This document shows, piece after piece, positions 20,559 to 31,053 of a stretch of DNA of 64,000 nt (the stretch's first letter is position 1; each line of letters starts with the position of its first letter). The translations under genes were made by a program, and so were the position numbers. The notes beneath the pieces are model-generated. The model was not told the DNA's origin. It ran no database searches and worked only from the letters and a program-made list of their open reading frames with translations. Origin of the DNA: a virus; the IMG/VR virus record IMGVR_UViG_3300044606_000144, positions 112,306 through 176,305 of that record; one strand, written 5' to 3'.

Positions 20559-21511
20559 CTATAGATCTTTAGGTAAATTAGGTTCTTCATTTTCATCAAA
20601 GTCAACTGATACTTCACTAGTGACTGTAATGAACTTTACTCCACATTTATATAGAAGTTTGATTACTTTATCTAAAATGCGATTTGTTACTTTACTGTTT
20701 GCTGAAATCATAAATGAAATCTTAATGTCATGCATCTCATTCATATTAACCATTTCTTAATTTCACCTCTTCAATTTTTCCATAATAATATTAAAATAAT
20801 CATATAGAGAGAATATTTTATATTAATAACTTCATCATTTGAAAAAAAAGCTCTTAAAGATAAGAACAATAACGCAAGAAGTTTAATTACCGGTACAAAT
20901 TCAATAATACTGGTCATGGTGCTTATACCTCATTTTCCAGTTTATTTGATGTATATGTCACAATAAAATTCTGATGAACTTCAAAGTCTAATCCACAGTT
21001 TTCACAATTAACACGCACTTCGTCAGAATCAGAGTTTTTAAATATTTCCCAAGAATCCTTATATTGATATGCACAATGCGGACAAACAACTTCTTCTGTT
21101 GCAGAACAATCAATGTCTGGGTCAAATGACATGTTAAATCTCTCTACCAAACGCATGCCAGACCAGGGTATCATAAACAAAAGTATCGATGTAGCTATAG
21201 TCTGGATCTTCTAATTGCTCTCGTTCCCGAACAGAAATAAATTCATCATCTTTCAATTGACAACGATAACCAAATGGATTTCCAGTCCAAGTAAATTTTA
21301 CTTCATAACGATACGAATAATTATATTCTCTCAGCAACAGATATAAAACTGGAACATTGTTTTGCATGATAATCTTCAATGGACGTACAACTTTATAATC
21401 AAAAACATCAAATCGTTGGGTTTCAAAGATATTAGGCTTCAGTTCATACTTATAGATAATATATTTATCATCCTCATGCTCATCCATCATATCACTCTCA
21501 TTTCATGTAAA

Positions 21512-21591
21512 TGGCGCCCCGGAAACGATTCGAACGCTCATGTATCCAATTAGCCTTTCAAGTGGGTAGAAACCACAGGGCATACCGGGGT
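21512..21591 (-). tRNA. non-canonical tRNA-Arg(TCT) with relocated D-loop
   Basis: acceptor, TATGCCC, anticodon arm, TGAAAGGCTAATTGGATACAT, T arm, CCA. Confidence 0.7.
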
Positions 21592-21608
21592 GCATAATAT
21601 ATTCAAAT

Positions 21609-21688
21609 TGGAGACCCGGAAGGGACTTGAACCCTCATGTATCCAATTAGCCTTTCAAATGGTTCGTAGCCATAGGGCATACCGGGTC
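21609..21688 (-). tRNA. non-canonical tRNA-Arg(ACG) with relocated D-loop
   Basis: GACCCGG/CCGGGTC acceptor; same architecture and identical 21-nt segment as its neighbour. Confidence 0.72.
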
Positions 21689-21695
21689 ATATTTG

Positions 21696-21769
21696 TAGCA
21701 GTAGATAGATTCTAACTATCGATGGGCTGGGTATGAGCCGACTGCTTTAGGCCTCTAAGCTATACTGCC
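21696..21769 (-). tRNA. tRNA with CAT anticodon (Met or Ile2)
   Basis: cloverleaf, CTCATAC loop, no encoded CCA. Confidence 0.7.
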
Positions 21770-21779
21770 ATATTTTAAA

Positions 21780-21930
21780 AGGAATTAGTCTAGTCCCCCG
21801 CTGAAGAGACGTTATCGACCCTACATAGCGGTTATCTAGAATTCAAGACGTTTAAAACGACTTTAGGATATAGTCTGGTCCCCGGACATAACCGTTATCC
21901 AGAATTCTGACATCCATATATGTCAAAGGA
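21780..21930 (-). repeat. two tandem copies of a structured RNA-like motif
   Basis: TCCT-hairpin-GAATT-CTRGATAA-hairpin-GGGACYAG-ACTA twice, with a compensatory change. Confidence 0.55.
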
Positions 21931-21943
21931 TATAATAAAAATC

Positions 21944-22018
21944 TGGGAGCGGCGCCGAGAGTTGCACTCGGGACCATCTGGGTATGAACCAGATAAGCTA
22001 CTACTGCTACACGCCGCA
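21944..22018 (-). tRNA. initiator-like tRNA-Met(CAT)
   Basis: unpaired 1:72, GCGGCG/CGCCGC stem, TTCATAC loop, CCA. Confidence 0.75.
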
Positions 22019-22191
22019 ATAAGACAAGGTATATTATAACACATACTAAAACATATGTAAATGGCCAATTTTTGATAACTTTTAGTTAACTTTTAACTGC
22101 TTTTTGTAATATTTTCTAAGGCATATAGATCTATGCACAAAAACTGTTCGATATGATGGAGGTCATCTGGGATGCATTCAGAGATAAATTT

Positions 22192-22268
22192 TGGAGGGTA
22201 GTACGAGAGTCGAATTCGCTTAAAACACTTTTGCAGAGCGTTCCCTATATCCGTCTGGGTCACTACCC
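22192..22268 (-). tRNA. tRNA-Cys(GCA)
   Basis: CTGCAAA loop, U73, CCA. Confidence 0.85.
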
Positions 22269-22280
22269 TATATTAATTTT

Positions 22281-22303
22281 TGGTTACCCGACCTGGATTT
22301 GAA
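22281..22303 (-). repeat. duplicated 3' end of tRNA-Gln(CTG)
   Basis: TTCAAATCCAGGTCGGGTAACCA; near-identical to 23052..23072. Confidence 0.85.
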
Positions 22304-22341
22304 AGTCCTCAATTTAAAACTTAATATTGGGGTGATCGCCA

Positions 22342-23016
22342 GTGTTAAGTGATTATTTTCTTTTTACAGAAGAAGAATTTAAAAAAGCTAAATCGAGGCA
22401 ATTGTTACCTTGCAAATGTGAATATTGTGGAGAACGGTTTTATAAAGCTAAACATGAACTACAATATTGTATTAAAAATTCTAATCAAACAATATGTTGT
22501 TCTAATAAATGTTCACATAAAATAATAAAAACAAGGTCTAACATAACTGTTAAATGTGAAGAATGTGGTAAAGAATTTGAAAGATCTAGAACCTGGTTTA
22601 ACAAATCTAAACATAATTTCTGCTCTAAGTCCTGCGCTGCCAAATATAGAAATGTTCATAAAACTACCGGTTGTCGAAGATCTAAGTTAGAGATCTACCT
22701 AGAAACTAAACTAACTGAAATATTTCCAGACCTAGAAATACTCTACAATGATCGAAAAACATTACCTTCAGGTCTTGAACTCGACATTTACGTGCCATCA
22801 CTTAAACTAGCTTTCGAATTGAACGGACCATTTCATTATATACCGGTTTTTGGTCAAGAAAAATTAAATAAAACGCAAAATAACGATTATATAAAACTGA
22901 AAGAATGTCAAGATTTAGGGATTAATATTTGTGTAATTGATGTATCAAAAGATGTAAAATTTACTGAAAAATCATCTGAAAAATATCTAGAAATAATTAA
23001 ATCTTTTATTAGGTAG
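22342..23016 (+). CDS. family A putative homing endonuclease, copy 3
   Basis: paralog with the same motifs. Confidence 0.8.
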   Translation: MLSDYFLFTEEEFKKAKSRQLLPCKCEYCGERFYKAKHELQYCIKNSNQTICCSNKCSHKIIKTRSNITVKCEECGKEFERSRTWFNKSKHNFCSKSCAAKYRNVHKTTGCRRSKLEIYLETKLTEIFPDLEILYNDRKTLPSGLELDIYVPSLKLAFELNGPFHYIPVFGQEKLNKTQNNDYIKLKECQDLGINICVIDVSKDVKFTEKSSEKYLEIIKSFIR

Positions 23017-23050
23017 GGAGTGGCCCATACTTAACCATTCTCCCAGCAAG

Positions 23051-23124
23051 AGTTACCCGACCTGGATTTTAACCAGGAACTTAGGCTTCAGAGACCTATG
23101 TTTTGCCAGTTAAACTATCGGGCA
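23051..23124 (-). tRNA. tRNA-Gln(CTG)
   Basis: TAGGT-CTCTGAA-GCCTA arm; T-loop altered to TTAAAAT; no CCA. Confidence 0.8.
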
Positions 23125-23143
23125 ATTTAAATTGTTATTGTTA

Positions 23144-23219
23144 TGGCAAGCCCTGAAAGATTCGAACTTTCAATAACGGTTTTGGAGACCGCCGGTTTAC
23201 TCAATTAGCCTAAGGGCTT
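23144..23219 (-). tRNA. tRNA-Trp(CCA)
   Basis: GCGGT-CTCCAAA-ACCGT arm, G73, CCA. Confidence 0.9.
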
Positions 23220-23226
23220 ATTAAAT

Positions 23227-23303
23227 TGGCAGGGGTGCACCGATTTGAACGGTGGAATCGAGGCTTCAAAGGCCCCTGGCTTTGACCGCTGGCCTACACC
23301 CCT
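23227..23303 (-). tRNA. tRNA-Gln(TTG)
   Basis: GGGGC-CTTTGAA-GCCTC arm, G73, CCA. Confidence 0.9.
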
Positions 23304-23875
23304 AAATCTCTTTAGCTACATTCATCAAAAATTTGCCAGTATAAATTGAAGTGGTTTTATTTCGAACAATAATCGTGCTAGTCTTAACCTGCTTAGCATC
23401 CGAAATCAGCTGAAGATACTGCTGTTCCGAAGCATTCTCAATTTTATAGAAATCAGCTGAGAATAGATCTTTTCGAACAAATATCGTATAATTCTTCATA
23501 AAACCATCACCTCATGGAGTATTATACCATAAGATCGGTAATATGTAAACAGCTAAAATTCCTTGATACTATTGGCTAATTTCTCAATACGCAGTAATGC
23601 AGACTCTGCATCAATAAGACCATTCTTGAAATTTTTAATAACGCCCTTAATCATACCTACTCTTCGATACAATGTATACGTATCAAGGGTTGAATCTAAT
23701 TCTTTGGAAAAATTCTCATCTGCCATTTACTCACCTTCTCCACCAGTTGGTTTAATATCATGATCGCCCCAAGGCCACCGGTCTTTTGTAATCTTAAACC
23801 AACCGAGATAAAAAACTAAAGCAAATACAACTATTAATATTAGATTTGTCATATCAACACACCTCTATATTAAAT

Positions 23876-24367
23876 TCAATTTAGAACGTCTTTAAATTCC
23901 TCTCGAAATTCTAACCATGATTTAATTTCAGGACTCTTAGCTCCATGGCGTTCTGCTACAATTGAATAACCGAGGTAGACCATGTCAGGGTGAACAATCT
24001 TCATTTTAACTACACCATCATCTTGGTATACAGGAAAATCTTTCTTATATACGATTTCAAGGTGCTCTAGAGCTCCGTCAAATAGAGCTTCTTTATCTTC
24101 AATTCCGCAATCACTCCAATATGAAGCATCGATCTGAACTTCAACATCGACCTGTTTCATTAGACGATCTTTAGTATCATTTAACTTAACCTTATATGGT
24201 AGTGGCTTGAAGACTGGGAGGACTTCCCCTGTCTTTGGATTTTCATTTGTAACTAAAATTACAGCAAATCTAATATTAAATTCTTTAAGTGAGGCATAGT
24301 GTTCAGTTTCTAACCTACTCATTAAAATCTTAAGATCCTCTGGAGTTCCAAGTTCATAAATCTTCAT
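23876..24367 (-). CDS. hypothetical protein, resembles phage metallopeptidase-like domain
   Basis: W....KEALFD..LEH..HPD....S.VAERHG pattern. Confidence 0.45.
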   Translation of the reverse strand: MKIYELGTPEDLKILMSRLETEHYASLKEFNIRFAVILVTNENPKTGEVLPVFKPLPYKVKLNDTKDRLMKQVDVEVQIDASYWSDCGIEDKEALFDGALEHLEIVYKKDFPVYQDDGVVKMKIVHPDMVYLGYSIVAERHGAKSPEIKSWLEFREEFKDVLN

Positions 24368-24378
24368 AATAGTTCCTC

Positions 24379-24837
24379 CTATATATAATTTAATTTATTT
24401 TTTTTCTCAGATTTCAGTTCTGATCGTACTCTCATAATCAGCTTTCCTAAATGGTTTTCACCTTTTCTCGTATAATAATCTACTCCCCAATAGAGATCAT
24501 TCCATGAATTGCCTTCCTCGATTAAATCATCTCCTGTTTCCAATAATAACTTCTTAAGATCTTCGTTCTGTCCAAATTTAGCCCTCAGGGCGGTCAGCAT
24601 GACCTCCAGCTTAATGGCATTCCAATTATCAACTTCCTCTACGCTTCGACCAATGAACTTAGCCATGTTAGGTGTATCCGATTTTAATATTCGGATACGG
24701 TCTTTAATATGTTTGGCACGATTATAGAAGAAATAGTGTTCAACTGAATTGAACACTATTCCGTCAAGTTTGAATTGACATGGATACATATTAGATAGAA
24801 ACCACTTTTTACCTCTAAAATCAGCTATCCAATTCAA
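24379..24837 (-). CDS. NADAR family protein
   Basis: FLSNMY, SVEHY, AKFGQN, LLETG, D.YWG, GENHLGKLIM.VR. Confidence 0.9.
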   Translation of the reverse strand: MNWIADFRGKKWFLSNMYPCQFKLDGIVFNSVEHYFFYNRAKHIKDRIRILKSDTPNMAKFIGRSVEEVDNWNAIKLEVMLTALRAKFGQNEDLKKLLLETGDDLIEEGNSWNDLYWGVDYYTRKGENHLGKLIMRVRSELKSEKKNKLNYI

Positions 24838-24840
24838 AAA

Positions 24841-25209
24841 TCATCGATCCTCTGCTTCAAAAATCTTCACCCTACGACGAGCCGAAGCAGCCCGAAGAGT
24901 GCTTTCGCATAATTGAGTTTCGATATCGCAAAAACCTTCAGGCCAGTCGGTTATTGCTCCATATTCATTGATTGGAATATCTTTCCCATTGAAACGGAAA
25001 AGAATGGAGGTATGATCCAGTTCACCGATAGCAACCTTTTCCTTTAATGCGAAAAAGATGTTTGATGTAGAATAGAAGAATACCGGAGATTCTCCATCGT
25101 AATTTAACCAACCATTAATATACCGAACGTATTCGGTTGCCAGTTGCTTTACTTCGAAGTCAGGAACAGCAATACCTTTAGGTGAATATTCAAAAACACA
25201 TGTCCGCAT
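24841..25209 (-). CDS. hypothetical protein
   Basis: ORF with AAGGAG SD. Confidence 0.6.
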   Translation of the reverse strand: MRTCVFEYSPKGIAVPDFEVKQLATEYVRYINGWLNYDGESPVFFYSTSNIFFALKEKVAIGELDHTSILFRFNGKDIPINEYGAITDWPEGFCDIETQLCESTLRAASARRRVKIFEAEDR

Positions 25210-25224
25210 ATCTCTTACTCCTTT

Positions 25225-26037
25225 CTATTGATTGCTATGAATCCGCTCTAGGATTTGCAGATAAACCTTTCCTAGGAGATACTTTTCAATTTCAACCTTA
25301 TCTGCGATTCCGGCTTCTTGCCATGCCCTCCATTGGAATCTATCAACTTGAATATCCAAGAAGTTGCAAGTATTGATATAATTGCTATCCTGAATGACGT
25401 GACCAATAATAGAAGCCTTGCCAACGGTTACTTCACTTGTATCATAATACTCAGTGGTTGAGTATTTTGTGGTAACGAGAAAAACCGCTGAAGGGAAAGT
25501 GAGGACTCGGACAACCGCACCAATCATCTTAGAATTCATAATAACATGTTGGTCATCCAACATTCCAGCTTCGACCGCTGCATCATATGCATTAATTGTA
25601 GTGTAATACTCTACCCGCGTTTTTTCATTATACTCGTTAGTAACCTTGATTGAATGTTCATGTTCAAGTTTATTCCATCTTGAAATCTCATCTTCGAAAA
25701 CAGAAATCTGATCAGGCTCAATGACACGAATGATATTTGAACTACTACCGTGCTTCTTATTCGGACTATAACCAATATTCTCAGCCTTCTCACCGGAGCC
25801 GCTGTCAACCCGCCAAAAATTAGTGTTGTCAATGATTGAAACAACACCACCAGGAGTAACTCGAGCAACCCTCGTTACACGGACCGGAACATAGAGACCC
25901 TGTCCAGAAAAGTCGGGATCAATGTATCCTAGATCAACAGCTTCCCTTTTGGTCTTCCACACCATCTGAACAACAGGTGCGTCCTTGACGAAGCTTCCGA
26001 CTTTAATTTCCGGTTTTTCTTTCTTTGTCCGGGCCAT
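25225..26037 (-). CDS. hypothetical early protein
   Basis: 270 aa, GGAGGT SD, promoter at 26090-26118. Confidence 0.7.
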   Translation of the reverse strand: MARTKKEKPEIKVGSFVKDAPVVQMVWKTKREAVDLGYIDPDFSGQGLYVPVRVTRVARVTPGGVVSIIDNTNFWRVDSGSGEKAENIGYSPNKKHGSSSNIIRVIEPDQISVFEDEISRWNKLEHEHSIKVTNEYNEKTRVEYYTTINAYDAAVEAGMLDDQHVIMNSKMIGAVVRVLTFPSAVFLVTTKYSTTEYYDTSEVTVGKASIIGHVIQDSNYINTCNFLDIQVDRFQWRAWQEAGIADKVEIEKYLLGKVYLQILERIHSNQ

Positions 26038-26208
26038 TTGGGTTTAACCTCCAGAAAGTTTTTATTTTGGTTTGGCTTGCAACTAGGATATTATATCACA
26101 AAGCTTGGTAGATGTAAACGGCCAAATAAAAAGAGACCTAAGTTCATTAGGTCTCAATGTTATAAACAAGCACGCCAATTGCTTTTAGGGATTAAGCAAT
26201 AAACCAAA

Positions 26209-26230
26209 TGGTGCCGGTGGCTGGTATCGA
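26209..26230 (-). pseudogene. orphan tRNA 3' fragment
   Basis: TCGATACCAGCCACCGGCACCA abutting element copy 4. Confidence 0.7.
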
Positions 26231-26271
26231 TATTCCAAAATTTAAACTTAATTATATAAGGGGTGTACCAT

Positions 26272-26948
26272 ATGTTAAATGAATATTTTCTTTTCACTGA
26301 AGAAGAATTTAAAAATGCTAAATCACGACAACTATTACCATGTAAATGTGCAAATTGTCAAAAAATTTTTTATCGAGCTAAAAATTGGATATTGAGCAGT
26401 ATTAAAAGAGGATATAATATTCCATATTGCTCAAAATTTTGTGGAGCTAAAAGAAATAGATACATAAAGCTAACGAGTATTAATTGTGATCAATGTGGAA
26501 AAAAATTGAAAGACCAGATTATCATATTAAAAAGACCAAAAATAATTTTTGTTCACATTCATGTTCAATAAAATTTCAGAATGCCCATAAAACTTCTGGT
26601 TATCGAAGATCAAAACTAGAGATTTACCTTGAAACTAAACTGTATGAAATGTTCCCGAATCTAGAAATTGTGTACAATGATCGTAAAACACTACCTTCAA
26701 GTCTTGAACTTGATATTTATGTTCCATCACTTAAACTAGCTTTTGAACTCAACGGAATATTTCATTATATTCCAGCTTTCGGTGAAGAAAAATTTGATAA
26801 AATACAATATAATGATTATAGAAAATTAAAAGAATGCCAAGATTTAAATATTAATTTATGCGTCATAGACATATCACACCAAAAACGTTTTACTGAAAAA
26901 TCGAGTGAAAAATACTTAGAAATAATCAAATCTTTTATTCTTAGGTAG
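26272..26948 (+). pseudogene. family A endonuclease copy 4, frameshifted in an A7 run
   Basis: two overlapping ORFs (26263..26571, 26493..26948) join into a full paralog if one A is added near 26500. Confidence 0.75.
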
Positions 26949-26988
26949 GGGAGTAGGGGAATTGAACCCCTACTAAACCATTCTCCCC
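26943..26988 (-). ncRNA. mini-tRNA, second copy
   Basis: GGGGAG/CTCCCC plus AGGGG-TTCAATT-CCCCT. Confidence 0.55.
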
Positions 26989-26989
26989 G

Positions 26990-27062
26990 TGGACCCGAAG
27001 GGAATCGAACCCTCCACAGTCTGCTTGCAAAGCAGTCTCGCCCCCTTGGAACATGCGAGCCC
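26990..27062 (-). tRNA. tRNA-Ala(TGC)
   Basis: G3:U70 pair, TTTGCAA loop, canonical T arm. Confidence 0.85.
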
Positions 27063-27066
27063 ATAT

Positions 27067-27537
27067 TTATAGATTAAGCAAATATTTAACCATTTCTGCT
27101 AGAAGATTCTTTAGACCAGTAGACAACTCATCTAGATGATGTCTCTCACGGAAAGGGTCAAAATCATCTTCATCATCTTCATCCCAGACTTGATCCGGAT
27201 CATTGTCCCTGTAGTAATCAACTGCGTCATCTGCAACAAAACGATCAATAAACTTTGGACTTTTTTCTAACATATCCGATAATGGAACTACTGAACGCTT
27301 AAATTCATCAGTCAAATATTCAGCATTACGAATAGCTATTTCACATACTTGTCTATGATCTTCCTTTGGAATCTTAATATCATTTAACTTCTGTGAAAAT
27401 TTATTTTGTAATTCAGTTAATTTGTCCTGGCGAAGACTAATTTTAATATTCTTAGAACTTGGTCCTTTGGTCTCGTTTTTTAAAACATCGTCCATATCTG
27501 ATGGTGTAATTGGCGACATTATATAACCAACTTTCAT
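27067..27537 (-). CDS. hypothetical protein (PSDM motif)
   Basis: ITPSDMDDVL near the N-terminus. Confidence 0.65.
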   Translation of the reverse strand: MKVGYIMSPITPSDMDDVLKNETKGPSSKNIKISLRQDKLTELQNKFSQKLNDIKIPKEDHRQVCEIAIRNAEYLTDEFKRSVVPLSDMLEKSPKFIDRFVADDAVDYYRDNDPDQVWDEDDEDDFDPFRERHHLDELSTGLKNLLAEMVKYLLNL

Positions 27538-27546
27538 ATTTTATTT

Positions 27547-27623
27547 TGGTCTGGGTAGCTGGCTCCGCCCCAGCGACCTCCTGGTCCCAAACCAGGCATT
27601 CTTCTAGACTGAACTATACCCAG
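27547..27623 (-). tRNA. tRNA-Pro(TGG)
   Basis: C1:G72, TTTGGGA loop, T-loop GGCGGAG, CCA. Confidence 0.85.
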
Positions 27624-27633
27624 ACTATAATTC

Positions 27634-27710
27634 TGGCAGGAACGACCGAGTATGATTCGGCAACCTCTGACGTGACAGGCCAGTGCTCTATCCATTTGAG
27701 CTACGCCACT
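27634..27710 (-). tRNA. tRNA-Asp(GTC)
   Basis: CTGTCAC loop, G73, CCA; weak acceptor and odd T-loop. Confidence 0.75.
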
Positions 27711-27730
27711 ATAACAATAATTTTCAAATT

Positions 27731-27767
27731 TGGCTCTGGCACCTAGACTTGAACTAGGACCTTATGG
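27731..27767 (-). pseudogene. orphan tRNA 3' half (Asn-like, G73)
   Basis: CCTAG-TTCAAGT-CTAGG-TGCCAGA-G-CCA with no 5' half adjacent. Confidence 0.7.
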
Positions 27768-27783
27768 GTAATATAAAATAAAA

Positions 27784-27871
27784 TGGATCAGGGAGTGAGA
27801 TTCGAACTCACGCGGGAGATTAATCCTTCGGCTTAACGGGCCGCGGCCTTCGACCACTGGGCTATCCCTGA
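27784..27871 (-). tRNA. tRNA with GTT (Asn) anticodon and long variable arm
   Basis: TCAGGGA/TCCCTGA acceptor, CCGTTAA loop, about 16-nt variable region, CCA. Confidence 0.75.
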
Positions 27872-27878
27872 ATAATTA

Positions 27879-28857
27879 TTAATTATTTCTACTAAAAGCT
27901 TCTTCTAACAACTTAGGATAATTTCTTTTTATCCACTTACGAGTTTGCTGTGAACTAATACCAACTATTTTAGAAGCTTTATTTACCCAACCAAAAGTTG
28001 TAAAATCTATATCTGAATCAATCAACTGATTTACATTTAAAGCAATTTCATGACACTTGTTTATCTCGTTTATCTCTTTTTGTTTTTTAATTCTCTTTTT
28101 TTCTTTTTCTTTTTCTTCTAATTCTCTTTTATGTTTTTTAAGATTATCTTCTAAATGTTCAACATCTTCTTCTATAAAATCTTTAGCTATCTTAATCCAT
28201 TTTTTAGGTTCATTCATCATATCTTTCCATCTAATTCTTAAAACTTCCCAACCTTCATCTTCCAATTCTCTATCTTTTCTTTTATCTCTTTCAGCATATT
28301 CTTCGAACCTATAATGCTGCTCTCCATCTATTTCGATGCACTTTTTAAGATGCGTCCATGCAAAATCTAGAGAATAAATTTTAAAGGGATATTCATGAAT
28401 ATAATTTTTATCTGCAAACTCATTTTCAATGACTGCCATAAAAAACTCTTCAGGATAAGACGGTCTATTATTCCAACGAGATTTACCAATGTTCCATGCT
28501 CTACCATCTGCATGAGCCTTTTTCATACCAATTGATACCCTTTTTTCTCATTTCTTCTGACAAATGACAACCTTCATTTGATTTAATTAAACCTAGTTTA
28601 AAATTTCTAGAGTAAGTTTCTCCTGATTTTTTTACTCTTATATCAGTTTTTTTTGTTAATCCTTTATTCCATGCAACTTTATCATATTTAGGTGCAGGGT
28701 ATCCATAATGTAAGATTTTAATATGATTTTTTATTCCATATTTGGAAAACCCTTGGTTACATAATGGACAAATATAGGAACCATCTTCTTGTTTCCAATA
28801 ATCTTTATCTTTCCATAATAGTTCAAATTCTTCTTGTTTCCACTTAATATCAGACAT
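27879..28857 (-). pseudogene. Zn-finger + DUF559-like putative homing endonuclease split by a frameshift
   Basis: C2H2 finger and WNKGL in 28501..28857; LDFAW..IEIDG.QHY in 27879..28526; frames join near AAAAAAGGG (about 28540). Confidence 0.7.
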
Positions 28858-28910
28858 AGTATCACCTCTGATATTAAGTTTATAATTGAAGGCTATGTGT
28901 TACACTGCGC

Positions 28911-28945
28911 CAGGGCGTTGCTACCGCCAATTGAGCTACAGGGGA
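28911..28945 (-). pseudogene. orphan tRNA 5' half (Asn-like)
   Basis: TCCCCTG-TA-GCTCAATTGGCGGTAGC-A-ACGCC-CTG, then breaks off. Confidence 0.65.
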
Positions 28946-30225
28946 GTATTAATCATTATATATTAATTTAAATTTTGATTAGATTAATCTTAACTTATCT
29001 AACTCATCTTTTTTATTATATCATAAATAACGGATTTTGTAAACTGGTTAAGATATTATACTTTTACCATAGATTCTAATTCTTTTAGTTCTTTTGTATA
29101 GGAATTAATTTTATCTTTAAGATATTTAATCCTACGTTTAATCTTTCCAGAGCTAATTCCATCTTCAGAAACTTTTGTACCAACTTCAGAATAACCTGAA
29201 ATATAATGATCGTATACTGAAATAACAGGAATTGCAGTTACTGTTTTGAATTCTTTCCCATTTTTAGTACAGCGAATAATCGGGTATCTCATATACCATG
29301 CTCCATGGTAATTGCTGTTATAACGATTATTAAAATCTTCTTCTGCAAATCGACTATTAGGACCATCGATGCAAAACGGTTCTCCTGTTATTTTCCAGAA
29401 CTTATTGCCGTACTTGAAAACGGTTCCCGGTTTAAGTGGATAATCCATTAGAATTCACTCCTCCATATTTGCTCATAAAAGTAGTGATAAGAAGATATTC
29501 ACTTGGATATTGATTTCCGATTGGATCTTTTTCAATAAAAACCCGATAGTTACCGATATAAAGATCATCTGCAATCAGACCATTAATGTAATCAATTAGG
29601 ACTTTAGGATTTCTCTCAACCAAAATATCATATTGTTGGTTATGATGATCAGTTTTAATAAGAGTAAATTTAGCCATATCAGCCCTCGACATCAATCTGT
29701 TGAATAACAAGCTCATTGCAAATAAGATTAACTGATTCTAACATCATTGCAGTTAACATATTTACAGTCCGAGTATCGGGAGTTTTGCCGTTTTTAAGAT
29801 CATTTGATGCTTGAGTCTTAAGATCGTTATATGCTTGATTAATTTTGACAGTTTGATCCAGAATATCCTCAAGTCGCTTAGTCATCTCGTACTTCATTGA
29901 AATATCCTCCTTAGCAGGGATGATTCTTCATCCACTCGCGATGGTCCTGATGGAAAAGTTCGCCATAAATCAGATCAGCTGCACCTTCAGCCAAAGACTT
30001 GCGAAGCTCGAGAAGATGCTCATCCTTCTCTCCGGACCTAACCAACTTCTTGTATTCGTTGTTCACTTTAAAGAAATGATTAAGGATATCCTGAAAGTGT
30101 TCGGTCATCTCAAACTGCATAAATATCATCTCCTGAGTTTTGGTGAATTAGCTTTACAGGAGCATTATATCATAGATTTTGGATATTGTAATTAAATTTA
30201 TATTAAGTTTTTAATTAAGTTTCAA

Positions 30226-31047
30226 TTAACCTGGACTACAACATGAGTTTGCTTCTTCTGGTGTGCCAGAAAATGGTTCTACCGGTTGATCACAATATAT
30301 TAACTCATTATTATTTGGTTTAATCCCTGCATCATGAAGTAGCATTTCCAATAATCCAACTTGTTTTTCCAATTCACTAATTCTACTCTGATCATTCTCA
30401 TGTTTTGAATCTGTCATTCGATTGAATATTTTTTTAATAAAATCATAATCTAAATAACAATGATTAACAACCCAACTATCTTGTGTTATAATTTTTGAAC
30501 TGAGATTGTTGGTATACCAAGCATAATCTTCTTTAGAATTATTGAATACATAATAATCTGATTGATATATCTTTCCATCACTCTCTTTAAATACATTCCA
30601 TGCTCTTTTATGCTGATAAGTCTTTTTTTCTGTATCACCATAATATTCACTGACATCATTCCACTGATCGTCTTCAAAGGTAATTGGTGTAACTGCTTCT
30701 TGATGCATGGCCTTCTTAAGAACATCTAGATAGAAATTTAAGTAAGGTCCTTTCAGTGGCTCAATTTCTCGAACTAAATCTTTCACATTATCTGTTATCC
30801 ATCTTTGCATATCGTCTTCGTCTTCGTTATCAACTAACTTAGTGTACAATAATTGCTCAATTTCTTCTTGTGTTTTATTAGCATACGCAATAACTCTTGG
30901 TATCAGATATCCGGCTGAAGAACCAGAATGACCTTGGTCTGAAAACTTATCGATAATATTTGATATTACATCTTTTGCTTCCTGTGGAATAGGCAGTAAA
31001 TCTAATTCAGTTTGAGATTTTGTTAATATCTTTGACAAAAAAACCAT
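30226..31047 (-). CDS. conserved-looking hypothetical phage protein
   Basis: FSDQGHSGSSA, TPITFEDDQW, YQHKR..VFK. Confidence 0.65.
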   Translation of the reverse strand: MVFLSKILTKSQTELDLLPIPQEAKDVISNIIDKFSDQGHSGSSAGYLIPRVIAYANKTQEEIEQLLYTKLVDNEDEDDMQRWITDNVKDLVREIEPLKGPYLNFYLDVLKKAMHQEAVTPITFEDDQWNDVSEYYGDTEKKTYQHKRAWNVFKESDGKIYQSDYYVFNNSKEDYAWYTNNLSSKIITQDSWVVNHCYLDYDFIKKIFNRMTDSKHENDQSRISELEKQVGLLEMLLHDAGIKPNNNELIYCDQPVEPFSGTPEEANSCCSPG

Positions 31048-31053
31048 CCTCCG

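Noticed and set aside
20301..22018. Theta/HDV-like, hammerhead or twister ribozymes in tRNA trailers
   Set aside because: The required nested pseudoknot or catalytic core consensus could not be matched by eye; an Infernal search would be decisive.
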